50,812 nt of DNA from an uncultured Rhodanobacteraceae bacterium (lineage in GTDB: Bacteria; Pseudomonadota; Gammaproteobacteria; Xanthomonadales; Rhodanobacteraceae), in assembly GCA_964509025.1 (NCBI GenBank), contig CAZDWH010000001.1, forward strand, positions 1-50,812, in the 5' to 3' direction. The notes beneath the pieces were generated by a model. That model was not told where the DNA came from. It made no database searches and saw only the letters and a program-made list of their open reading frames with translations. The position numbers and the translations under genes are program-made. Below, piece by piece: positions 1 to 12,305 of the stretch (positions are counted from its first letter, which is position 1; every line of letters starts with the position of its first letter).

Positions 1-1099
1 GGCGCTTGTGCTCGGCGTCGGTCATGTCGATGAAGTCGATGATGATGATGCCGCCAAGGTTGCGCAGGCGCAGCTGGCGCGCCGCCGCCTGCGCCGCCTC
101 GAGGTTGGTCTTGTATACCGTTTCCTCGAGGTTTCGGTGACCCAGGAACGCGCCGGTATTGACGTCGATCGTGGTCATGGCCTCGGTCTGGTCGATAATC
201 AGGTATCCGCCCGACTTCAATGGCACTTCTTTCTTGAGCGCACGCTGAATCTCGTCCTCGACGCCGTACAGGTCGAAGATCGGCCGCTCGCCCGAATAGT
301 GTTCGATGCGTTCGGCCAGCTCCGGCATGAACTGCTGCGCGAAGCTCACGGTCTTGTCGAAGGTCTCGCGCGAATCGACGCGCACCTTTTCGACATCGGC
401 ACGCATGAGATCGCGCAAGGCGCGCAGCGGCAACGACAGATCCTCGTACACCCTTTGTCCGACGCTGACGCGCGCCATCTGGTCGCGGATCGACTGCCAC
501 ACGCGGCCGAGGTAGGCCAGATCTTCCGACAGGGCTTCGCGCGTCTGACCCTCGGCATTGGTGCGCACGATATAGCCGAGCTGGCCGTTGCCGAGCGGGT
601 CGGTACCGGTGAGTTCGGTCATCAGGTCCTTCAGGCGCGTGCGCTCGGCCTCGTCCTCGATACGCACCGAGACGCCAATCATCTTGGCGTACGGCAGCAG
701 CACGAGATAGCGCGACGGAATCGACAGGTGCGTGGTCAGACGCGCGCCCTTGCTGCCGATCGGATCCTTCACCACCTGCACGATGATGTCCTTGCCCTCG
801 TGCACGAGTTCGCTGATCGGCGGCGTCGGCTGCGCGATGCTTTCGGCGCCCTCGCTGAGCAAGGCCGGCATTGCGCGCACGATGTCGTTGGCGTGCAGGA
901 ACGCGGCGCGCTCCAGGCCGATTTCGACAAATGCCGCCTGCATGCCCGGCATCACGCGACTGACGCGGCCACGATAAATATTGCCGACATAGCCGCGGCG
1001 CAGCGCGCGCTCCACATGCACTTCCTGCAGCACGCCGTTTTCGACCACGCCAACGCGGGTTTCGCGTGGCGTTACGTTGATCAGAATTTCCTCAGTCAC
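1..1099 (-). CDS. rng: Ribonuclease G (3' end runs off the window)
   Basis: Not in the ORF track. Manual minus-strand translation from GTG at 1099 gives (M)TEEILINVTPRETRVGVVENGVLQEVHVER, the RNase G/E N-terminus. Follows maf, as in the conserved maf-rng pair. Confidence 0.95.
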   Translation of the reverse strand, partial: MTEEILINVTPRETRVGVVENGVLQEVHVERALRRGYVGNIYRGRVSRVMPGMQAAFVEIGLERAAFLHANDIVRAMPALLSEGAESIAQPTPPISELVHEGKDIIVQVVKDPIGSKGARLTTHLSIPSRYLVLLPYAKMIGVSVRIEDEAERTRLKDLMTELTGTDPLGNGQLGYIVRTNAEGQTREALSEDLAYLGRVWQSIRDQMARVSVGQRVYEDLSLPLRALRDLMRADVEKVRVDSRETFDKTVSFAQQFMPELAERIEHYSGERPIFDLYGVEDEIQRALKKEVPLKSGGYLIIDQTEAMTTIDVNTGAFLGHRNLEETVYKTNLEAAQAAARQLRLRNLGGIIIIDFIDMTDAEHKR

Positions 1100-1177
1100 G
1101 GCGTAGGGTTCGAGTGCTTTTCTTAGGACGTTTATAGCTTGGGGGGCGCGACTTGTCGACCCGACACGGGCAGCGGC

Positions 1178-1747
1178 TCACGCCGCGATGCCGAAGCGGC
1201 GCAACAACGCCGCGGTCTCGAACAGAGGCAGTCCCATCACGCCCGAATAGCTGCCGCGCAATTCGCCGATGAATGCCGCCGCGCGGCCCTGGATCGCATA
1301 GGCACCGGCGCGACCCATCGGTTCGCCGCTCGCGACATACTGCGCGATGGCGTCGGCCGACAGCGGCGCAAATGTGACGTCGTTCAAATTCAATACCTGC
1401 TCCTCGCGTCCGGCGCTAAGGCACCACACCGCGGAAATCACGCGATGCGTGCGCCCGGAAAGCCGACCGAGCATCGCCGCGGCGTGCGCGGCATCCTGCG
1501 GCTTGCCGAACACCCCGTCGTCGAGCACGACTTCGGTGTCGGCGCCGAGCACGACGGCGTCGCGCACGCCCGAAAGCGCGAGCAGGCCCGCACCGGCCTT
1601 TTCTCGTGCGACGCGACTGACATAGTCTTCGGGCGGTTCGCCTGGCGCGCGCACTTCGGGCACTTCGACATTGACGGTGCCGTAATTCACGCCAATCTGC
1701 TCGAGCAGCTGGCGACGGCGGGGTGATTGCGAGGCGAGATAGAGCAT
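1178..1747 (-). CDS. maf: Maf/YhdE family nucleoside triphosphate pyrophosphatase
   Basis: [15 protein letters not shown] start, [27 protein letters not shown] motifs. ATG at 1747 chosen because the track's upstream extension lies inside a repeat. Confidence 0.95.
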   Translation of the reverse strand: MLYLASQSPRRRQLLEQIGVNYGTVNVEVPEVRAPGEPPEDYVSRVAREKAGAGLLALSGVRDAVVLGADTEVVLDDGVFGKPQDAAHAAAMLGRLSGRTHRVISAVWCLSAGREEQVLNLNDVTFAPLSADAIAQYVASGEPMGRAGAYAIQGRAAAFIGELRGSYSGVMGLPLFETAALLRRFGIAA

Positions 1748-1761
1748 GGCGCGCGATTTTA

Positions 1762-1978
1762 GGAACCTATGAATAAGCGTGGCGAGCGAAGGCAGATCGC
1801 CCGACGCCGGAGCGCCGGAACCGGAGTTTACAGATAGTAAATGAGGATTACTCGCCACATCAGCGGCTCGCCCTTCGGGCCATTCGCTTCGCGAATGTTT
1901 GCTTCGGCATCCTGCCTTCGCAGTCCGAGCACCGCCGGCGAGTGAGCTGCCGAGCGCAGCAGCTTATTCAGAGGTTCC
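1762..1978. mobile_element. MITE-like palindromic element, copy A (217 bp), with nested 75-bp module at 1849-1923
   Basis: Terminal inverted repeats GGAACCTATGAATAAGC (1762-1778) and GCTTATTCAGAGGTTCC (1962-1978) match 16/17. Flanks are TTTA/GTTA. The interior is closely similar to the reverse complement of about 49995-50197. Confidence 0.75.
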
Positions 1979-2006
1979 GTTACGCGACGCGCGCGCACCG
2001 CGATGC

Positions 2007-4178
2007 TCAGACTCGAATCGGTGCCTCTGACGCCACTGCTTCGACGGTTTCGATCGGCATCGGCCGGTGGATCGCGTAGCCTTGCGCATAGTCGATGCCG
2101 AGGCCACGCAGCTGCGCGATCTGCGCCGCATCCTCGACCCATTCGGCAATGCTGGCGATGCCGCGCAGGCGCGCGACGCGCGCGAGCGCTTCGATGATCA
2201 CTTCCGCGCCGGGATCCTTGCCAAGGTCGCGCACGAAACGGCCATCGAGTTTCACCATCGACACCGGCAGCTCGTTCAGATAGCCGAAGCTGGCGACGCC
2301 CGAGCCGAAATCGTCGAGCGATACGCCGAAACCGTGCTCGCGCAGGCGATGCAAAGTCGCCACCGCATGCGTGAGATTCTGCACGGCGACGGCTTCGGTG
2401 ATTTCGAGCACGAGCTGCGCCGGCGCGAAGCCATGCCTCACCGGCAGGCCGAGCACAAACGACTCGAACCCCTCGCTCTCCAGCGAGGTCGCCGCAACAT
2501 TCACGCTCACGCGCAAGCGCCGGCCGGGATGACGGCCGAGAAAGCGCGACGCCTGATCGAGTACCCAGCGATCGACGTAGGCGATCAGACCATAACGCTG
2601 CGCCATGGCGAGCAGGGATTCGATCGAATCCGTGGGCGCGCCACTCTCGCGCAGCAGCACTTCGTAAAACTCGTCCGCCGCATCCGGCGCGGAGATATTC
2701 TGGATGCGCTGCACGAACAAGGCGAACACGCCGCGCGCGAGATCGGCCTGCAGTTGCGAGACCGTTTCGATCTCCGCCTGACGCCCGCGCGCCACGATGT
2801 CATCGGGGGCGTGGAAGTGGGTGCGATTGCGACCGCGCTCCTTGGCCGTGTAACAGGCCACGTCGGCGCGACCAAGTACGTCGTCCGGCGCTGCATCCTC
2901 ATGCGGCTGCAGGAACGTCGCGCCGATGCTTACGCCTACGCTGAAACGCAATGAACCCACCGGCAATTCGAACGCCTGGATCGCGTCGTGCAGGCCGCGC
3001 GCCGCAATCTGGGCGCTCTCGACCGTCGCGTCCGGCAGCAGACAACCGAACTCGTCGCCGCCGAGCCGCGCGACGATCGCGCCGGCCGGCAAAGCCGCCT
3101 GGATCGTGACCGCAAGCTGACGCAGCATCGCATCGCCGACCAGATGCCCGCAGGTGTCGTTGACCAGCTTGAACTGATCCAGATCGAGATAAAGCATCGC
3201 GTAACTGCGCGCGGTATCGTGCAACGCGGCGCGCACGCGATTCTCGAATTCGTAGCGGTTCATCAGCCCGGTCAAGGCATCGTGGCGTGCATGGAAATCC
3301 ATTTCGCTCGCGGCGCGCTCGCGCTCGCCGAAAGCGACGGCGAGCAGGTAGCCAGTCAACGCCGCCACCGCGACGAACACCGAGCGCAGGATGCTGTCGG
3401 CAATCGATACCGGCATCTGCCCCATGGCGATTAGCGCCATCGCCAGCAGCGCAGCCGCGGTACTGGCGCCACCGACGCCGGCGATCAGCGCGCAGGCGAC
3501 CACAAACGGCGCGAGCAAAAACAGCAGGCGATCCTGCAGCACCGCATCGGCAGTCAATACACCGTAGCTGGCCACCGCCAGACCGGCCAGGGTGAAGGCG
3601 AACAACCAGCGTCGGCTGCCCTGCGGCACGCCGCCGCGCGGCCAGCTGACGAGCAGCGGCGCGAAGATCAGGAAATTGAAAGCCGCGCTCAGAAAATAAT
3701 CGAGACCGAAGGCCAGCGCACGCGGCAGAGAGTAGTCGAATACCAGCGCCATGCGCGTGGCATAGATCGGCATCGCCAGCGCGCAGCCCAGCAACAGTGC
3801 GGCCACAAAATTGCGCAATTCGCGCATATCGGCGAGCAGTCGATCGACATGCCAGCGGTGCAGCAGGTACAGGGTCACCATCACGATGAGCACCTGCAGC
3901 CAGCCCACGCCGAGCGCAACGAAAAACGGCGTGCCGACGCTCATGCTCAACGCCGTATTCGACACGAGTACGGCGGGCCAGTAGCGCGCGCCATGGCGCC
4001 ACAGCAGCGCGAGCGCGACGCCACCGCTCGGCCACACCGGCACAAAGCCCTGATGCGGCTGCGCTTGCGCGGCGAGAAAAGCGACCAAGGCCAATAATAT
4101 TGAGGACAGCAGCAACTTGCCGAGGAACGGCAAATGGTCCCCTATGGACGAAAACACCCCGGATGGTCCCCGCGCCAT
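2007..4178 (-). CDS. Membrane-anchored diguanylate cyclase/phosphodiesterase (MASE1-like TM region + GGDEF + EAL)
   Basis: Multi-TM N-terminus with VWPSGG motif. HDALTGL, DLDQFKLVNDTCGH and ARLGGDEF in the GGDEF domain. EVLLR, LEITE, DDFGSG, VKLDG, AEWVE and QGY in the EAL domain. Start codon uncertain. Confidence 0.9.
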   Translation of the reverse strand: MARGPSGVFSSIGDHLPFLGKLLLSSILLALVAFLAAQAQPHQGFVPVWPSGGVALALLWRHGARYWPAVLVSNTALSMSVGTPFFVALGVGWLQVLIVMVTLYLLHRWHVDRLLADMRELRNFVAALLLGCALAMPIYATRMALVFDYSLPRALAFGLDYFLSAAFNFLIFAPLLVSWPRGGVPQGSRRWLFAFTLAGLAVASYGVLTADAVLQDRLLFLLAPFVVACALIAGVGGASTAAALLAMALIAMGQMPVSIADSILRSVFVAVAALTGYLLAVAFGERERAASEMDFHARHDALTGLMNRYEFENRVRAALHDTARSYAMLYLDLDQFKLVNDTCGHLVGDAMLRQLAVTIQAALPAGAIVARLGGDEFGCLLPDATVESAQIAARGLHDAIQAFELPVGSLRFSVGVSIGATFLQPHEDAAPDDVLGRADVACYTAKERGRNRTHFHAPDDIVARGRQAEIETVSQLQADLARGVFALFVQRIQNISAPDAADEFYEVLLRESGAPTDSIESLLAMAQRYGLIAYVDRWVLDQASRFLGRHPGRRLRVSVNVAATSLESEGFESFVLGLPVRHGFAPAQLVLEITEAVAVQNLTHAVATLHRLREHGFGVSLDDFGSGVASFGYLNELPVSMVKLDGRFVRDLGKDPGAEVIIEALARVARLRGIASIAEWVEDAAQIAQLRGLGIDYAQGYAIHRPMPIETVEAVASEAPIRV

Positions 4179-4228
4179 GCAGTCAGTATACCCAAGGCCC
4201 GGTCGCGTGCACGTTGGTCAGTACGGTT

Positions 4229-4699
4229 TCACGCGCGATGATACGGATGGTTATTGAGCAGGCTGGTCGCGCGATACAGCTGCTCCGCGACGAGGATGCG
4301 CACGAGAGGATGCGGCAGGGTCGCCGGGCCGAGCGACCAGCGCTGCTCAGCGCGTTCGAGCGCGGCGGGCGCGAGACCTTCCGGCCCGCCTATCAGGAGC
4401 GCGAGATCGCCACCGTGCATGCGCCAGCGCTCCAGCTGCTGCGCGAGCTGTTCGCTGCTGTATTGCTTGCCGCGACCGTCGAGCGCGACGACCTGCGCGC
4501 TTTTCGGAATCGCCGCGCACATCAGCGCGCCCTCGTCCGCGACCACGCGTTCGATATCGTTGCTGCGGCCGCGTAGCTTTGTGGAAATTTCCACTAGTTG
4601 CAGCGGCAAGTCGCGCGCGAGACGCTTGGCGTACTCGTTGTAGCCTTCGGTCACCCACGCAGGCATGCGCTCGCCGACGGCGATCAGATGCGCGCGCAT
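4229..4699 (-). CDS. rlmH: 23S rRNA pseudouridine1915 N3-methyltransferase
   Basis: IGGPEGL, WSLGPATLPHPLVR, EQLYRA and C-terminal HPYHR. Adjacent to rsfS. Confidence 0.97.
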   Translation of the reverse strand: MRAHLIAVGERMPAWVTEGYNEYAKRLARDLPLQLVEISTKLRGRSNDIERVVADEGALMCAAIPKSAQVVALDGRGKQYSSEQLAQQLERWRMHGGDLALLIGGPEGLAPAALERAEQRWSLGPATLPHPLVRILVAEQLYRATSLLNNHPYHRA

Positions 4700-4710
4700 G
4701 CGTTGCTGGA

Positions 4711-5208
4711 TCAGCCTACGTTGGCGGCTGCGGGCAGATCGTCACCGACAGTCCACAGGCGCTCGAGTCCGTAGAACTCGCGGATGCGCGGCAGCATCAC
4801 GTGCACGACGATGTCGCCGAGATCGACCAGCACCCACTCCGCCTCACGCTGCCCCTCGACGCCGAGCGGCATCATGCCGGCCTGTTTGGCGTACTTGACC
4901 ACTTCGTCGGCGATGGATTTCACATGCCGTGTAGAAGTGCCGGAAGCGATGATGAGGAAGTCGGCGAAGGAGGCCTTGCTGCGCACATCGACTTCGTGCA
5001 CGTCTTTCGCCTTGAGTTCGTCGAGCGCGGCGAGGACGCGCAGACGCAGATGCTCGACTGGATCGGGTTTGGCCGCTTTGAGTTTGGCCGCATTGAGTTT
5101 GGAGCCGGCCGCGGGTTTCTTGCGCGGGCGCGGAGCGGCGCTGACTTTCGTGGATTGGGCTTTCGCTGTTGGAGCTTTCGGAGCTCGGGCTTTCTTGGAG
5201 GTGGCCAA
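4711..5208 (-). CDS. rsfS: Ribosome silencing factor with basic N-terminal extension
   Basis: IASGTSTRHV, WVLVDLGDIVVHVM, REFYGLERLW. TTG start with GAGG upstream; start position less certain. Confidence 0.93.
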   Translation of the reverse strand: MATSKKARAPKAPTAKAQSTKVSAAPRPRKKPAAGSKLNAAKLKAAKPDPVEHLRLRVLAALDELKAKDVHEVDVRSKASFADFLIIASGTSTRHVKSIADEVVKYAKQAGMMPLGVEGQREAEWVLVDLGDIVVHVMLPRIREFYGLERLWTVGDDLPAAANVG

Positions 5209-5347
5209 AAGAATGTGAGCCTCGTTGGTTGCACAGGCGGACTGTGGGCCCGCAGGTCGGAATATACGCCGAATTCCTTACTTGGGAAGTGACGTCAAAA
5301 CTCGTGCCAAATTCCGCGAATCGCTTGCGCGTGAATTCGCGATGGTT

Positions 5348-6502
5348 CTAATCCGATGCGCCGATTTCGCCGGCATACAGCAAGGCGGGCGGACCTGCGG
5401 CCGCATGCGAAATCACCTCGACGAAAGCGCTGCCACGCGCTGTTACTTTTTCGCGCAGACGCCATCCGCTGTGCGCAAGACGCGCGTCGCCGAAGACAGT
5501 CTCGACATCCGGCCGTGCGATCTGCGGCTGGATGCGCAAACCTGCGCCATCGTCGACGCGAATCTCGACGTGCTCGGCCGCGCCCTCGTCCTGCGAGCCG
5601 GCCCAGCCTTCGAGATAGAGCTCGCCGTCGCGCGACAGGTTTCTGCGGTCGACCCAACCCCAGGCGCCGCGACGAAATCCCTGCAGGCAACCCGGAGCGC
5701 GCACGTTGCCGCGCTCAAGCAGATACAAATCCTGCTCGTTCGCCAGCGCGCGCGGCAAATGCCACATGCGCGCGTCGGCGCCCGCGACCGCACGCATCGC
5801 GCGCTCGACAAAACCTTTGTCGGCGTAGGCCGTGCCATAAATCTCGGAGCTCAGTCCGGCGTTTTCGCTTGCGCCGTGATAGAGAAATCCGCTTGCAGGC
5901 GAAGCGGCAGCGGCACCTAGTTGCGCGACATCGCGCACGCTGAAGCAGAGCATGCCGTGGGGTTTGAGCAGGCCGTAAAGCCGCTGCAGCCAGGCGTGGA
6001 ACAGATGCTCGGGCAGATGCGTGAACAGCGATGCGACCCAGATGAAATCGAAGCGCTGCGCAGGATTGAACGCGCCAGGCTCGGCGTGCGACGGAAGATT
6101 GCGCACGCCAAATTCGCGCGCGACGAAGACATTCGCCTCTGCCTGCAGCTCGGAGGCCCAGATGCGCTGTGCCGGCATCGCGGTCACGAGCATGCGCAAC
6201 AGGCGTCCATAGCCGCAGGCGAAGTCGAGCAGATCGATATCCTGCGTCGCGCCGGGAAACAACGCCTGCAGGATCTGGCTCACCGCGTCGTACTGCTGCA
6301 GCGAGAGATTGAAATACTGGCTCAGCGCCGCGCCGATATCGCGATGCTCGCGCAACGAATGCGTTAGCATCTGATCGTCGGGGTGCACGCTCATGCTCAG
6401 ATTGCCGGGCAACGCCGCGCAGCGGCGCAAGGCACGCACGAAGCGTGGATCGAATGCGGCTTGCACGGTGCGTGCGATGAAGTCGGTGGTCAATTCACTC
6501 AT
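5348..6502 (-). CDS. Class I SAM-dependent methyltransferase with C-terminal beta-rich domain
   Basis: Motif I LLDFACGYGRLLR, FDFIWVASLFTHL, LKPHG. C-terminal GWVD...LEGWA segment. Confidence 0.8.
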   Translation of the reverse strand: MSELTTDFIARTVQAAFDPRFVRALRRCAALPGNLSMSVHPDDQMLTHSLREHRDIGAALSQYFNLSLQQYDAVSQILQALFPGATQDIDLLDFACGYGRLLRMLVTAMPAQRIWASELQAEANVFVAREFGVRNLPSHAEPGAFNPAQRFDFIWVASLFTHLPEHLFHAWLQRLYGLLKPHGMLCFSVRDVAQLGAAAASPASGFLYHGASENAGLSSEIYGTAYADKGFVERAMRAVAGADARMWHLPRALANEQDLYLLERGNVRAPGCLQGFRRGAWGWVDRRNLSRDGELYLEGWAGSQDEGAAEHVEIRVDDGAGLRIQPQIARPDVETVFGDARLAHSGWRLREKVTARGSAFVEVISHAAAGPPALLYAGEIGASD

Positions 6503-6511
6503 GCAGATGCA

Positions 6512-7168
6512 TCACGATTTGCCGCGATAGACCTCGAGCAGCGCCGGATCGGCGAGCAAGGCTTCGGGAATCAGCCAACGCGGCTCGCGTCCGGCGGCGA
6601 GCAGCGCACGCACGGCGCTCGCGGAAATATCGAGCGGCGTGACCGGCAGGCTCAGCACCTTGCCATGCGACGAATCGCGTAGCGCACTTGCGCGGTGCAC
6701 GCGGCGCGGTTCGGCTTCGGCCGCGAGTTCCGCCGACCACGGCTCGGTGCGACCCGGTCGCGTGAGCATCGCGATGTGCGCGAGGTCAAACAGCGCGTGC
6801 CATTCGCGCCAGGTCGGCAGGCCACCGAAAGCATCGGCGCCGACCAGCAGGACCAACGGGCGCTCGTCGCCGAGTTCCTTGCGCAGGCCGCGCAACGTGT
6901 CGACCGTATAGGAAGCGCCCGCGCGATCGAGTTCGCGCGTATCGAGCGTCAGACGCGACTGCCCGCGCAGCGCGAGTTCGAGCAGGCGTACGCGGGCGCG
7001 CGCCCCCGCAACCGGCGGCGGACGATGCGGCGGCACATGCGCGGGCATCAGACGCACTTCGGCGTCGAGCGCCTCGGCCGCTTCCCAGGCGACGCGCAGA
7101 TGGCCGTTGTGCACGGGGTCGAAGGTGCCGCCCAGCAAGGCAATAGGCTTCTTGTTCGTCGTCGGCAT
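6512..7168 (-). CDS. nadD: Nicotinate-nucleotide adenylyltransferase
   Basis: GGTFDPVHNGH, SYTVDTL, VGADA, DISAS. Confidence 0.97.
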   Translation of the reverse strand: MPTTNKKPIALLGGTFDPVHNGHLRVAWEAAEALDAEVRLMPAHVPPHRPPPVAGARARVRLLELALRGQSRLTLDTRELDRAGASYTVDTLRGLRKELGDERPLVLLVGADAFGGLPTWREWHALFDLAHIAMLTRPGRTEPWSAELAAEAEPRRVHRASALRDSSHGKVLSLPVTPLDISASAVRALLAAGREPRWLIPEALLADPALLEVYRGKS

Positions 7169-7191
7169 TGTACTTTTATACTTCAGCCGGC

Positions 7192-8229
7192 TTACGCAAG
7201 TACACCGGCACGCGGCTGCGCGATCGCCACCAGCAGGCGTTCGAGTTCGAGCCAGGCGTCGCCGCTGGACTTGCCCGCGGCATCGAGTTCGCGCCCCTTG
7301 CCTACACGATCGATGCGCGCGGCCTGCACGAGACAGGCATTCCAGTGAGCGCGCGGCGCGCGTTCGAGCGCACGTTTGACGAGGCCTTCGCGCTGCGGCG
7401 GCCGGATGTATTCGGATTTGAGCCCCGCCGCGATGCCGCCGCGTGCGTTGGCGACACGCGCGAACATTTGCAGTTGATTGAGCAGCCAGCCCATCAGCGC
7501 GAACACCTGCTCGCCTTCGGCACGCAATCCGGCGAGGATGCGCAGCGCGCGCGCCGCGTCGCCCGCGAACGCGGCGTCGACGAGCTTGAATACGTCGAAG
7601 CGCGAGTCATCGGCGACGCTGGCTTCGAGTGTTGCGGCATCGAGCGTCGCGCCCGCGTGCAGCAGCGCGAGCTTGTCGATTTCCTGCGCCGCCGCGAGCA
7701 GGTTGCCTTCGATGCGCTCGACCAGCAATTCGACCGCATCGGGGGTCATCTTCAGACCACGCGAAGCGGCGCGCGCGCCGATCCATGCCGGCAATTCGTC
7801 GACGCGCAGCGGCCACACCTGCGCGAATACGCCGGCACGCTCGACCGCGGCGCTCCACGCGCCTTCGTGCTTCTTGCTCCATTCATGCGCGGTGATCAGC
7901 AGCACGTTATCGGGCGGTGGATTCTCGCAGTAGTCGATGATCGCCTGCGCGCCGTCCTTGCCGGGTTTGCCGGTGGGCACGCGCAGATCGATCAGCTTGC
8001 GCGTCGCGAACAGGCTCATCGCGCTGGCGGATTGCGTCAGTGCATTCCAGTCGAAGCTGCCATCGGCGTCGAGCACTTCGCGCTCGCTGTAACCGAGTGC
8101 CTTCGCGCGCGCGCGCAGGGCGTCGGCGGCTTCGAGCAGGAGCAGATGTTCCTCGCCCGCAAGCAGGTAGACCGGCGCGAGTTCGCCATCGCTCAGCTGT
8201 TTGCGCAGCGCTGCGAGATTCAGCGGCAC
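7192..8229 (-). CDS. holA: DNA polymerase III delta subunit
   Basis: PVYLLAGEE, MSLFATRKLI, EGNLLAAAQEIDKL. Lies between lptE and nadD. GTG start. Confidence 0.96.
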   Translation of the reverse strand: MPLNLAALRKQLSDGELAPVYLLAGEEHLLLLEAADALRARAKALGYSEREVLDADGSFDWNALTQSASAMSLFATRKLIDLRVPTGKPGKDGAQAIIDYCENPPPDNVLLITAHEWSKKHEGAWSAAVERAGVFAQVWPLRVDELPAWIGARAASRGLKMTPDAVELLVERIEGNLLAAAQEIDKLALLHAGATLDAATLEASVADDSRFDVFKLVDAAFAGDAARALRILAGLRAEGEQVFALMGWLLNQLQMFARVANARGGIAAGLKSEYIRPPQREGLVKRALERAPRAHWNACLVQAARIDRVGKGRELDAAGKSSGDAWLELERLLVAIAQPRAGVLA

Positions 8230-8244
8230 GAGGTTTGGAAGCGC

Positions 8245-11519
<3,275 letters not shown>

Positions 11520-11644
11520 CTAGGGTAGCGCAGCGCGGCGTTTCGCGCGAATCCGGCCGAGCTTCGCCCTGTCATAAACCCCAGCTTACCTGCGGCGCGA
11601 AAATCGGCTAGGCTGCTACGCGGCCAACGGGGACAGGGGCCCGA

Positions 11645-12238
11645 ATGCACGCGAATGACGCGCAAGCGGTGAGCGCCAGCCACTCCGAGGACGATTTCGT
11701 TACGCGCATCGCCGCCGGCGATCGCGCGGCGGAGAACGATTTCGTGCGCCGCTACGCGCGGGGCGTGAGTGTGTTGGTCCGCCGGCATTGCCGCCCAGGC
11801 GATCCGGTCGTCGACGATCTGACTCAGGATGTGCTCACGCGCGTACTCGCGCGTCTGCGCGCGGGTGCGATCCGCGATCTGGCCGCCCTGCCCGCCTATA
11901 TCCAGACCACGATCGCGCATGCGACCAGCGCGGAGTATCGCGCGCGCCGCGCCAGCGAACCGATCGAGGCCATCGAGCAGCTTGCCGGCGAGGGCTCGCC
12001 ACCCGAACAGCTCGGCGCCGAGCGCCTGCGCGCAACCCTGCACAACCTGCTCGCGCAATTGCCGGTCGAACGCGATCGCGAACTGCTGCGCCGCTTCTAT
12101 CTCGACGAACACAGCAAGGAAGACGTGTGTCGCCACCTCGGCATCGAGCCGGCGCATTTCCATCGCGTCGTGTTTCGCGCGCGCGAGCGTTTCCGCACCC
12201 TGCTCGAGCAATCCGGCATCAGCGAGGCCTCACGATGA
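11645..12238 (+). CDS. ECF-type sigma-70 factor
   Basis: 197 aa. Region 2 (AAGDRAAE...DDLTQDVL) and region 4 HTH (LPVERDRELLRRFYL...EDVCRHLGI...RARERFR). Confidence 0.88.
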   Translation: MHANDAQAVSASHSEDDFVTRIAAGDRAAENDFVRRYARGVSVLVRRHCRPGDPVVDDLTQDVLTRVLARLRAGAIRDLAALPAYIQTTIAHATSAEYRARRASEPIEAIEQLAGEGSPPEQLGAERLRATLHNLLAQLPVERDRELLRRFYLDEHSKEDVCRHLGIEPAHFHRVVFRARERFRTLLEQSGISEASR

Positions 12239-12262
12239 GACAAATGCCGCTGCGCCGGCTCC
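12236..12262 (+). promoter_or_regulatory. Candidate ECF promoter TGAGACA-N15-GCTCC (copy 1)
   Basis: Same bipartite motif and spacing as 17219-17245. Ends 43 nt upstream of the anti-sigma ATG and overlaps the sigma stop codon. Confidence 0.55.
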
Positions 12263-12305
12263 CTGATGCATACGGGGATTCGTGTTCGATACCAGGGAGC
12301 TGCAA

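Noticed and set aside
8-1126. 372-aa plus-strand ORF
   Set aside because: Antisense shadow of rng, whose minus-strand frame has the recognisable protein.
1748-1858. 37-aa N-terminal extension of Maf
   Set aside because: Derives from the MITE. Maf homologues start at MLYLAS. An in-frame fusion is possible but unsupported.
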